Source: Naegleria gruberi (lineage: Eukaryota). Taken from it: DNA of 64,000 nt. The first letter of the stretch is position 1. Each line of letters opens with the position of its first letter. Both the position numbers and the translations under genes were made by a program. Positions 54,464 through 64,000 of the stretch are shown in pieces. The notes below the pieces were generated by a model, which did no database searches, was not told the DNA's origin, and saw only the letters and a program-made list of their open reading frames with translations. The stretch lies in assembly GCA_000004985.1 (NCBI GenBank), contig GG738854.1; one strand, 5' to 3'.

Positions 54464-57400
54464 TTAGAGCTCAATACTGTTGTATCCTTTCATCTCCTCA
54501 AAGTTGAAAATCTTTTCTTTTGGAAGTGATTGTTTCTTTCTAATTAACAAGACAATAACCACGATAATGAGAACTATTACACATAATGTTAAAAAGGCAA
54601 CACATAATCCAAGACCGATTACAGTGGTTTGTTCAGAATGTGATGGTTGGGGTTTGATTGGATCTGAAGATTTTGCAACAATTACCAGATTGTACTCTTC
54701 GTGCAAAATAGTTTCAGCACAATGCAATGTGTAGAGTGAATCAGTATTGGTTATTGCACTACTTCCATAAAATATTCTTTCAGATGTGACATAAACGCAC
54801 TGAAGAGAATTTAAATCAGATATTTTGTTTCCGTATTCGTCACGTAATTTGTTTACGTCGAAAGTGAACATTCTGTCTGTGGAAATATCTGATTTAACAA
54901 TTTGCATAATTGAGAAACTCTTCACCTTAACAAAACCATCCAACCACTTGTCATCATCATCTTGGTATTTCAACATGAACCTAACACCATTATTCAATTG
55001 AGGGAATGATTTGGAGGAGAAGGAGAATTCAAAATAGGTTGATGGAGACAGTTCATACTTTAAGGATCTTTCATAATGTATAGAATAGACTTTACCAATT
55101 TCTCCAATTGGGTTGTTGTAAGCAAATACGGCGAATTTGAGTTTTTGATTGATGGATATATTGATGGATAGTTTCCACGGATCTTTTGACTGTGTGTCAT
55201 CACATTCTAACCAATTGAATTCTTGTTTCTCGTCATCAACAGAAAAAAATCGGTATGAAAATGGATCCAAGTTTCTGTTGATAGAGTTCTTTTCATAGAC
55301 TAAATCTAGCTCAGTATCAATGCTTATACTACTGTATACATTGACTTTACTGGTATCCAAGACGTAAACACCAACCAAAGATAGTGGTTGAAGCTTAGTG
55401 TTTGGAAGTGAATAATCGGAATATTTCCTATTATCAACCATTAGCATATAATTTCCTGTTGATCTGCAGTTTGGATTGAAAGAAATAGTCAATGCATCCA
55501 TAGGTAATACTTGGCTATAGAATGTATCAATATCAGTTGGTATAACAGCATTAATAGAGTTGAGATCCTTAATGTATACATTGCCAACAAATGGCTTGCC
55601 CAATAGAATGAAAGCAAATGTCTCATCTCTGATATCCTCCTGAAGGTCGATCAGTACAAGTTTTTCCTGTGCATCTGAGATTATAATTGGTTGAGATCCA
55701 CTCTCTTCAAACTTTTCAAAGTTTGATTCTTTGAATAAATACCCTCCTTTAATATCTGTAAACCTTATCTTCATAAATTTAAATATGGAAGTTTCAAAAT
55801 CAATGAGGAATTTTCTTCCCTCATCGAATCCATACGTCTCCAATCCATTTCCGTTTTGTTGTAAAAAGCTGTACAATACTGTATAATCATCCGTTCCCTT
55901 CATGTTTGTTGGATTAAAGTTGTTAATTGTAAAGTAAGGTCTGGATTCATAAAGAATTGGCGTGTAATATCTTTGTTTAAAGTAAACTGTAAGATTAATA
56001 TGGCTTCCCAAAGCATAAGAAACTTCTCTCGGATAATTAGCAAAAACAACTTCCCCAATCTCTGCCTTTGATTGTGCATAACTGAACAATCCAAAAGTTC
56101 TCTTTTTATAAACTTTTGAATTGAGTATTGGATCCAAATTGAGGCTGAAACTTGTTTGGGAGAGTCTTGGAATATCATCAGAAATCATTTCAAATAAATT
56201 TCCTTCTGAATTTAGTATGAACAATCTCAGTGAGTATGGATCGACTCCCATCTGTTGGGATGATTCAATATGTACAATGATAGCATTTTGTGAATCATAA
56301 GTTTTCTTCACATTAGTATTGATTTGAACTTGTGTAAAGTCTATATCAAAAACATTTGTGAGTGTGAGACCTGATTGTGAACTTGGGCTATGATTAACGT
56401 CTTTAAATTCCCCAATACTATTATCTATAAATGTATAACTTCCAGTTAGTTGACTATCTGGTTTAAATGAAACTTGAATTTTAGGATTGGATGAAAATTC
56501 CCTGAGTGTTTGAGGGTCAATAGAGCAAGCTGATCTAAAAGAACAAACTTGAATGGAAGGGATTTTTCCAATAACAGCCATGACATATTTTGAATCCTTC
56601 ATTATCTGGTTGCAAGTCAGTATGTATGTGGAAATTGTTCCTAGTGAATTTGAAGACGTAGGATCAATTGTTAGTTGTTTAAAATCAGAATCAGCAGTTG
56701 CGTAAGCGCATTTCAACGAGAAATGATCTACTTTCTTATTACCATATATTATTTCCAATCTGTGATGAATAGATCTAATTTCATCCAACTGGAAAATTCC
56801 CTTATTATCTTCTTCAATTGTGTATGCACCAAGAAGAACATACGAATCTGGAACAGTAACATTACTATCATAACTCGAAACAGTAACTGTAGGTGTTATG
56901 GTTTGGGATGGATCTTGTACGGATGCATTTGGATACAAGATGTGCATTTCAAATTGTTGGAGGTTGTAGAATAAATCTCTTGGGTATTTGAGAGAGACAC
57001 TCTTTGAAAGTTTCTCCTCTGTTGAGGAATAGGCAAAGAATAGCATGAGCTTGGAAATGGAAGTAGCTCCCTTAAACTCATTCAAAGAAACATTAAATTC
57101 CCATGGTCCTTGTGTTGAATTAATGCTATCTGAAGTTGGAAACATTGGAGTAAAATCGAACAGAACTGGAGTCTTGCCAGGTTCAATGGTATATGCTCTT
57201 ACTGAATAAGGGTCAATGTTAATCTTGAATGTTGGAAAAAACTTGATCGTCAGTGTTTGTTTCTTATCAGATAGTGCTGCACTTTCATTCCTTTTCAACT
57301 CCCAAAATAAGGAATATTGACAAGTCAATTGATTTTGAGTAACAATAGCAGGGACATTAATCATCTTGGGATTGGTAAGGAAAGAAAACTTTTGATTTCC

Positions 57401-57637
57401 ACTCCAGTCAAAGTCATCATGATAATGAACCTCAAAATAACCTCTAAAATGTCCCAATTCAAAGAAGTACGTCGGAATTACCTGTGTATCTACATCATGA
57501 ATACTATCCAAGTTATAAAACATGACTTGTTTTTCAAAGCTTTCCCTCACCATCACCAACACCATTATCAATACCAACACTAAACACCACCTACGGCTAT
57601 CAAACAAGTGTGCATGCGTGCGTTCAATCTTTTGCAT
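54464..57637 (-). CDS. Large type I membrane glycoprotein (about 1058 aa): signal peptide, extensive N-glycosylated ectodomain, single C-terminal TM helix, short cytoplasmic tail
   Basis: It has ATG at 57635..57637 (MQKIERTHAHLFDSRRWCLVLVLIMVLVMV). The ectodomain is long with many NxS/T sequons. The TM helix is VIGLGLCVAFLTLCVIVLIIVVIVLLI, followed by RKKQSLPKEKIFNFEEMKGYNSIEL*. No specific family is recognised. Confidence 0.6.
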   Translation of the reverse strand: MQKIERTHAHLFDSRRWCLVLVLIMVLVMVRESFEKQVMFYNLDSIHDVDTQVIPTYFFELGHFRGYFEVHYHDDFDWSGNQKFSFLTNPKMINVPAIVTQNQLTCQYSLFWELKRNESAALSDKKQTLTIKFFPTFKINIDPYSVRAYTIEPGKTPVLFDFTPMFPTSDSINSTQGPWEFNVSLNEFKGATSISKLMLFFAYSSTEEKLSKSVSLKYPRDLFYNLQQFEMHILYPNASVQDPSQTITPTVTVSSYDSNVTVPDSYVLLGAYTIEEDNKGIFQLDEIRSIHHRLEIIYGNKKVDHFSLKCAYATADSDFKQLTIDPTSSNSLGTISTYILTCNQIMKDSKYVMAVIGKIPSIQVCSFRSACSIDPQTLREFSSNPKIQVSFKPDSQLTGSYTFIDNSIGEFKDVNHSPSSQSGLTLTNVFDIDFTQVQINTNVKKTYDSQNAIIVHIESSQQMGVDPYSLRLFILNSEGNLFEMISDDIPRLSQTSFSLNLDPILNSKVYKKRTFGLFSYAQSKAEIGEVVFANYPREVSYALGSHINLTVYFKQRYYTPILYESRPYFTINNFNPTNMKGTDDYTVLYSFLQQNGNGLETYGFDEGRKFLIDFETSIFKFMKIRFTDIKGGYLFKESNFEKFEESGSQPIIISDAQEKLVLIDLQEDIRDETFAFILLGKPFVGNVYIKDLNSINAVIPTDIDTFYSQVLPMDALTISFNPNCRSTGNYMLMVDNRKYSDYSLPNTKLQPLSLVGVYVLDTSKVNVYSSISIDTELDLVYEKNSINRNLDPFSYRFFSVDDEKQEFNWLECDDTQSKDPWKLSINISINQKLKFAVFAYNNPIGEIGKVYSIHYERSLKYELSPSTYFEFSFSSKSFPQLNNGVRFMLKYQDDDDKWLDGFVKVKSFSIMQIVKSDISTDRMFTFDVNKLRDEYGNKISDLNSLQCVYVTSERIFYGSSAITNTDSLYTLHCAETILHEEYNLVIVAKSSDPIKPQPSHSEQTTVIGLGLCVAFLTLCVIVLIIVVIVLLIRKKQSLPKEKIFNFEEMKGYNSIEL

Positions 57638-58094
57638 CTTTATCAAAACGAGAGAGAGGGAATGAAACAATGACGAGTCGTTGTATTTTTTTTAAGGCTA
57701 GAAAATTTTTATAATGTGGAGATTTTAGCGCGCTGTAAAAAAGATTTAAGGGTTCATTTTGAACCAGTAAATGGTTTACAATGAGTAGTTGATACCAAGT
57801 AGGGATGACTAGAAAGTATTTGTTAAAATATTCTCTCAATGGAAGTTTGCAGAGCTATTAATCTAAAATACTTCTTGTTTCTAATAACTGTTCAGCAAGT
57901 TTTGAAAAGGAAGGCCTTTGATAGAAATCTTCACACCACGAACATTGTACCATGGAAAACAATGAATCAAGAATTGTTAAATACTTTTCAAAAGGATCTT
58001 CCTGACTAATTCCTCAAGGAATGTAAAGCTCTCTGTTGTAAAAAAGGTAGTTTTGATTGTTAATGTAGAACTAGGCTGGTTGAGTAATTCTTTT

Positions 58095-59929
58095 TCAATA
58101 AGTAATACCATTCAATTCTGTTGCAGACTTTCTTTGGAACTGAAATATTTGATTTGTATCTGACAATTCAACATGTACATCAAATTCAGTCAACGATACT
58201 ATTTTCTTAACTGGCTCTTTTGCATTTTCAAATAAACCAATAATAACATTAAATGGCTTTCCAAATTCAGTTTCAAACAGTCGTGAACCAGATAATGCTA
58301 CAGAAACAAGCTCTGGAAATGTGTCATGATCTGATAAAACATCATTACCACAAAAGTTGTTCGAAAAAGATAGTTGATTATTGATTTTTGTTCCTATTGA
58401 AAACACCACCACCAAGAAATGAAGCATAACTATCTTCTATTTGTGTTTTTGATTCAATGCTAAGCTCTGTCTTGAATGTGAAAACTGCGCCACCATATTT
58501 AAGAGCCTTATTAAAAAAGAAATAGGAGCTGGAAAAATAGACCTTCGATGAATACCAGGAATCTACTGCAGCGTAAGCACCTCCATAGACAGCCGTATTG
58601 TTTTCAAAAAACTTGGAAGTTATTAGAAGGATAAAAATTTTTTTCAATACTCACGCTGTTTTGTGATAAAAATCTATGGGCATATCGAGACAGAATTGCT
58701 CCACCTATTAAGGCCGAATTTTTCAGAAATAAACAGTCATTAATTTCAAGTAAGGATTCACGTTGTAAAATTGAGCCACCACCTTCCTCATCTACTTTTT
58801 CAGCAATTGTTGTGAATATTTGCTGATTGTTTATAAACGATGTCTTAAAAATAACTAAATTGTAAATGTTTCGAATAGTGATAGCTGATCCTCCCTTAGT
58901 GTTTGAGTTTCCTTCAAAATTTGAATAGGTAATAACTGCATTTATACCAACGCCTTCCATAAAAAGAGATCCAACAGAGTTACAATCAAGAAACTTTGAT
59001 TCAACAATAATTACAGTAAGAACTGAAAGAGATGATAAATATAGGGAGTGAAATTCATCTTTGGGGACTTTGTTGGAATATCGATAAACATACGCTTTTG
59101 GAATTAAGTGTTGGAATATTTCCAATAAACAGACTGTTCAAAACTATAACTCTCTTTGCTTCTTCAATGTGTATTGTTGAGTTCATAAAACTTGAACCAG
59201 CTATTTCAAACGAAGGAACTGTCCGATCGGTCACTGTTAAATAGGCAATGGCATACTCATATAACCTGCCTTAAATCTCGAATTTCTTATTACAATATAA
59301 AACTGTTTCACAAGATTAAAATGTATCTTTGAACCAAGGTTTAGAATTGTGTTTTCACTAGTTGAAGAGTCAATTGTTTTAAGAAGGTCTAATTTTGATT
59401 GAGTTCCCACAGTTACATTGTCAAGCGTAAGTTTACCACTTATTTCATTAACAAATAATTCTTCAATAACACAATTCTGAATTTCAATTTGACCATCAAA
59501 ATACAGGTTCAACCGTAAATTCAAATTTGAAAATTTAAGAGGAACAAGATCATAATATTTAACAAAGCCTACACAAGATTTTCTTGTTGTCAAGGAAGTA
59601 ATGTGCAGGCTCATAATATTCCAATTATTATTAATAAAACCAACACACATCACATCGTCATCCATAATATTAAATTGTACTGCCAGATTAGATGTATTAG
59701 TACTATTCATCTTCATTAATAAATCAAGTGCATATTTAATTGTATTGCATGGTTTTTTAGCTGATGAACATTTTTCATTATCCAAGCCCTTTCCACTTAA
59801 ATATATTTCCCTTATTTCTTCCTGTAATGCTAAGGAGGAGGAAATTAATAGAATTATAGAAAGGATCATCACCACAATCATCCTTACCATCGAATGGTGA
59901 TGTATTGTGCTGTAGCATGAATTCCTCAT
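58095..59929 (-). CDS. Secreted PMP-like (GGA[IV]/FxxN repeat, right-handed beta-helix) protein. It is a multi-exon gene or a decaying pseudogene split over four reading frames.
   Basis: It has ATG at 59927..59929 and a signal peptide MVRMIVVMILSIILLISSSLA. Downstream segments in other frames carry PMP-type motifs: NSALIGGAILS, KGGSAITIRN, FINN, YGGAVFTF, GGGVF, FSNN. Two canonical introns are evident (GTATGT…caaag about 100 bp, and GTGAGT…ccaag 42 bp). Two further -1 frame changes (near 59250 and 58390) have no canonical intron of 30 bp or more. Confidence 0.5.
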
Positions 59930-60273
59930 CTCACAATTTTTTAAGTAAGTTTGAGGAGCAATAAGTGAAGATCAACAATTCTCCGATTATAAAGCTCCCC
60001 TTTATGTTCTCTCCCTTTTCAACTCTGAGTTATGTTTTGCAAGATATTACAAATAAATTGCAGAATATCAAGCTTAACAAATGGAACATAGCAAAGGGAT
60101 TCTTCCTTAGTATATCAGATGTACTTCTCTTAATATGGGAGTGCAGATTTAGGTTTAGTTTTAGCTAAACTCTTTTCATCATTCTTTTGAGTTTCATTAT
60201 TATTTACATTGGTTGAATTATTTAGTATATGAAGCCAGCTTGCTGTTGATTAATAGAATTCGGAGAGTAAAAA

Positions 60274-62583
60274 ATGTTTTCACGAGATTGCCCACAAAAT
60301 AAGCAACATAATTCCTCCGAAGAAATTCTTCTTCAACAAGCACAAGATGATGATGAAGATTTAATGATTAACTTTTGTGATTTTGAATTCAATTTAAATT
60401 TACAAAGTCAAATTCAAGACTTGGCACAGATTCGTGAATTTGCAAAAACAATTTCATATTATAAACATCATGATAATAATCGGAATAGTTATGATTTATG
60501 TAATGACGACTGGTTTATGATATTGGATTTTATTCCATTCTTTGAATTTAGCAAATTTGCATTAGTTTGTTCATCATTTGCAGAATTATTGACTTTTAAT
60601 AGAAGATATTTGGTAATGAGAAGAATTTTGAAGGGTTTTCCAATATTGCTGAAGGATCATCACTATTTACCTGTTGAATCATTGGAAATATTGGCAAATA
60701 ATGAAGCACCATCTGATGATCCATCATTTGCCAAGTCAATTTACTCGGACATGATTAATTTTCTATTCGAAAAGAGGAGATACAAAAAGAATATGTGGAA
60801 AAACATTCCTAGTACAAAGATTTTGGAAATGGATCAACAAGTATTCATTTTACCATTTAGAGATTCAATGATTAGAAAAGTATTTAGTGATTTTATTGAT
60901 ATTCCACAAGTTTTGTTGGATGATAGGGATTTTATTTTGAAGTTTTTCAAATCTTTTCCCAAAGCTCCAAGATATTTCACATTCCTCAATTCAAAATTGA
61001 TGCAAGATGAAGAGATTGCCAAGATGGCAGTGCAATCCAATGGATGGTTTATTAGATTTGTTCAAGATCCAACAAGTGAAATTCTTAATACTGCATTCTG
61101 TTCCAGAAAAAGATATATCATTTCATCAACTTCTCACCATACTTTTGAAAGATACAAAGAAAGCTTGATTGAATTTGTGAGAGAGCCATTTTATCATTTG
61201 TTGGAACAGAAATCAATTGTTAATGATTATAGAATGTCTAGAAAGGAATTATTCTTTAAAAGAAATATGATTTTCGATTCCAAATGTGGAAGTAAGAATG
61301 CAGAGTTCTTGTTGCTCTTTTCATTCTTTGAAAAATCACCTGAATTCAAGGGAGTTCTATTATATTTCTACAATGCTAAAACTTCCACTGAAAAATATGA
61401 TCACATTGATGATTTGATTACTGACCTGTTATGTGTTCCAGAGAAATTTCAACCAATTCTATCAAAACCTATGTTAGTTCCTGAAGAATTGAAATGCAAG
61501 ACAAGAGAAATTACCATGTCAACAATGTTGAAAAATATATTGGATGACAATTTCACTTTTGACAATGTAATGACTCATGACAAAAAGAAGCTTACTACAT
61601 CAAGTATTGAATATCTAAGGGAAAGATTGATCCAAAAAATGAAACCGACACCACTCTTTACAGGAATGTATTTCGGTAAGAAAGTTGAAAATATTGATTG
61701 TGAAAACGAAAGTGAAAAAATCAAATTATTGAATGAAATATCAAAATGTAGGGGATTGAATATGAAAATGTTGAAATATTACCCAAAACATTACGTACTT
61801 TTAGATGAGGAAATCAAACAGGACGAAGAGTTTAAAAGAATTGCAATGAGATGTTTAAAATTCAATGCTCAATACTTTGACTTTTCCAAAGATGATATGC
61901 TTGTATTATTACTCTCAGCTAATGTGAAGGTATCTGTTGAATATTTGAAAAAACAGTCAAACTGGAGCTCAACTTTGGAAAGAATCAATAATATTTTCAC
62001 AACAAATGGAAGAATTCGCTCAAATTGGTTAACTTGGCCACAAGTTTATTGCTTGTACAGGTTTTTACTCTGCTACTCATTCAACAGAGATAAATTATTC
62101 ACATTAGAAGATCAAGTGAAAATGATTGATTACATCCCACCTAAACACAAGAAACTCCTTTTGGAATATAGTTATGAGGAGTGCTTGATGGAAAAAATCA
62201 GATTGAAAAACCTAGTCCAGTTTGATTTCTATGATTCAAGAGTATTTCTCTTTGGATTCAGATATATGATTAGTTATAAATCAATTAATGCCATATGTAG
62301 AGTAGTTGATGGTTCATTGATAAAATTCCAACAATCAGATAGACTCCTCTCAGAAATTTTGAAAGTGACACCCAAATTTATTAAGGTATTCATGGAAAAA
62401 AGACCTAAAATTTATAGGAAAGTAATTCTCCCTCCCTATCCAGTTGAATTGGTGATAAAGCTTGCATTGGAAAATCCAAGAATTATTCACTATCTTCCAA
62501 GAAATATTCAAAGTCACCCCTTACTACTTTGTGGGTTGATGGGGATTTATAGAGGTCAACATAATTCGACCACTGGAATGTGA
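60274..62583 (+). CDS. DUF4116-repeat protein (769 aa), paralogue of the 51984 gene
   Basis: It is an ATG-initiated single ORF. DUF4116-type units include LLDDRDFILKFF…LMQDEEIAKMAVQSNGWFIRFVQD and DEEIKQDEEFKRIAMRCLKFNAQYFDFSKDD. Its architecture is similar to the 51984..54407 protein. Confidence 0.65.
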   Translation: MFSRDCPQNKQHNSSEEILLQQAQDDDEDLMINFCDFEFNLNLQSQIQDLAQIREFAKTISYYKHHDNNRNSYDLCNDDWFMILDFIPFFEFSKFALVCSSFAELLTFNRRYLVMRRILKGFPILLKDHHYLPVESLEILANNEAPSDDPSFAKSIYSDMINFLFEKRRYKKNMWKNIPSTKILEMDQQVFILPFRDSMIRKVFSDFIDIPQVLLDDRDFILKFFKSFPKAPRYFTFLNSKLMQDEEIAKMAVQSNGWFIRFVQDPTSEILNTAFCSRKRYIISSTSHHTFERYKESLIEFVREPFYHLLEQKSIVNDYRMSRKELFFKRNMIFDSKCGSKNAEFLLLFSFFEKSPEFKGVLLYFYNAKTSTEKYDHIDDLITDLLCVPEKFQPILSKPMLVPEELKCKTREITMSTMLKNILDDNFTFDNVMTHDKKKLTTSSIEYLRERLIQKMKPTPLFTGMYFGKKVENIDCENESEKIKLLNEISKCRGLNMKMLKYYPKHYVLLDEEIKQDEEFKRIAMRCLKFNAQYFDFSKDDMLVLLLSANVKVSVEYLKKQSNWSSTLERINNIFTTNGRIRSNWLTWPQVYCLYRFLLCYSFNRDKLFTLEDQVKMIDYIPPKHKKLLLEYSYEECLMEKIRLKNLVQFDFYDSRVFLFGFRYMISYKSINAICRVVDGSLIKFQQSDRLLSEILKVTPKFIKVFMEKRPKIYRKVILPPYPVELVIKLALENPRIIHYLPRNIQSHPLLLCGLMGIYRGQHNSTTGM

Positions 62584-62788
62584 AAAAGACAGTAGTTACT
62601 AATACTGATGTTTCAACATTAATGCGCACAAATTTCAGCACATCTCCGGACCTGCTTTCTCCAAGCAATACTACGCATAGGATGTCCTAAATTGTCCTCA
62701 TCTACTATTGTTCAAATGAAAACACTATTTAAACAATGATGAGCAACAGCAGTCTTTTCCACAAACAAACAATAACAAATATCAAAAA

Positions 62789-63784
62789 ATGTCTCAACAA
62801 CAAACATTGCTTTTAACTGGATCAACTGGTACTATTGGTAAATTGCTCATTCAACAATTGCATTCCACCAAGCAAGAAGCACACTTGAAACTCAAACTTC
62901 TTGTCAGAAATGTTGAAAAAGCTAAGGAATTATTCGATGCATTGCAATCTGATTCGTTCCAATTAGAATATATTCAAGGTGATTTGCCAATCAATGACAA
63001 ATCAGTTAATACTGAGTTGTTATTTGATAAGGTTGAAAAGATTTTCATTTTGGCACCTGATGTTCCTCAAAAGGTAAACCTTGAAAAGTCAATTGTCGAG
63101 AAGGCATTACAATACACCAAAGCATCAAATGGTCAATTGAAACAAGTTGTTAAATTGAGTGCATTAGGTGTTAGTAGAGATAGAGAAACCAACAATTTGC
63201 TTCGTTGGCATGCAGATTCCGAATACGAAATTTTCCAAGCATTGAATCATTACAATGAGGTCAATTCTGACAATACTGTTTCGCATGTATTTATTAGACC
63301 TGGAATGTTTATGCAAAATATCTTGGGTGGTTACGAGCACTATTATTTGATGAATCATAATATGATTGTAAGACCTGATTTGAATACTAGACACTCTTAT
63401 ACTACCTCCTTTGTTGATGTTAGAGATTTAGTTAAGATTATTTCATTAGTTTTATTGGAAACTGATGTCACTAAATATGGTGATAAAACATTTACTATCA
63501 CTGGACCATCAACAACCACCAATCAAGAATTTGTTGAAATTGTCAGTAAGGTATTGAAAAGAGATATCCATTATGAGAAAGTTTCTGAATTTACTTTTAT
63601 GAATATGTTGAAAGAAATGCAAATTCCAAATGACTATATTTGGATGTTGATAAAATTATATCAAACTGGTAAAGAGAATGGAGCCGCAAGTATTATTTAT
63701 GAAGATTTTGAAAATATTACTGGAACTTCGCCAACAACTTTTGAACAATTTTTATTGGATCATTTGAGCTATTTTAATCAATAA
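62789..63784 (+). CDS. NmrA-like / atypical SDR NAD(P)-binding protein (331 aa)
   Basis: It begins MSQQQTLLLTGSTGTIGKLLIQQL (GxxGxxG Rossmann motif at the N-terminus). Its length and layout resemble the NmrA/isoflavone-reductase-like family. Confidence 0.7.
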   Translation: MSQQQTLLLTGSTGTIGKLLIQQLHSTKQEAHLKLKLLVRNVEKAKELFDALQSDSFQLEYIQGDLPINDKSVNTELLFDKVEKIFILAPDVPQKVNLEKSIVEKALQYTKASNGQLKQVVKLSALGVSRDRETNNLLRWHADSEYEIFQALNHYNEVNSDNTVSHVFIRPGMFMQNILGGYEHYYLMNHNMIVRPDLNTRHSYTTSFVDVRDLVKIISLVLLETDVTKYGDKTFTITGPSTTTNQEFVEIVSKVLKRDIHYEKVSEFTFMNMLKEMQIPNDYIWMLIKLYQTGKENGAASIIYEDFENITGTSPTTFEQFLLDHLSYFNQ

Positions 63785-64000
63785 TTACAAATTTGGAGCA
63801 TGGTTTTTATAAATTGTAATAAATATTATTATTTTATATGAAATATCAACTGATAAAGTGTTATTTCTTAAAAACTATTAAAACTATAAAAATGGAAATC
63901 TACGATAATAGTCAATTTCCATAAATAGAAATGGAGTTTCTTAATTTTGTGGTTCCACCATAATTATTCACCTACATAGCAGAATAAACACCTCATGTGT

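Noticed and set aside
12465-64000. Search for transposons, CRISPR arrays, rRNA, snRNA, or prokaryotic operon-like systems
   Set aside because: I saw no long terminal or inverted repeats, and no reverse transcriptase, transposase or integrase-like ORFs. There are no repeat-spacer arrays and no rRNA or U-snRNA-like sequences. The only RNA genes supported are the three tRNAs.

Overview
This window is an AT-rich (roughly 30% GC) eukaryotic nuclear contig, apparently protist or amoebozoan (dictyostelid-like). The evidence is long uninterrupted ORFs in the standard genetic code, poly-Asn/poly-Thr/poly-Gln tracts, GT-AG introns with GTAAGT/GTATGT donors, many tRNA genes, and mitochondrial-type proteins (Rieske, Twinkle). 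Positions 1-12464 and 14189-15078 are assembly gaps (N). The remaining ~50 kb is gene-dense: about 30 protein-coding genes on both strands, three tRNA genes (His-GTG, Lys-TTT, Ser-AGA), one ARF-GTPase pseudogene, and no recognisable transposon, CRISPR or rRNA. Introns are very small (31-149 bp) and few (0-3 per gene). Recognisable products include a peroxisomal 2,4-dienoyl-CoA reductase fused to an ACBP domain, a DYRK-family kinase, an Ariadne-type RBR E3 ligase, a LAG1/TLC ceramide-synthase-like protein, Mediator Med20, SRP9, a Twinkle primase-helicase, the Rieske Fe-S protein, an EEF2-lysine-methyltransferase-like (FAM86) enzyme, an NmrA-like reductase, a huge RME-8-like IWN-repeat protein, two DUF4116-repeat paralogues, two serine-less alpha/beta-hydrolases, a secreted C39-like papain-fold protein, a PMP-repeat beta-helix secreted protein, and three F-box proteins. 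One of the F-box proteins is fused to an atypical Rho GTPase. No single exotic system (defence island or similar) is evident. The most interesting signals are unusual domain fusions, pseudoenzymes, micro-introns and a few ORF-free GC-richer intervals carrying repeated motifs.
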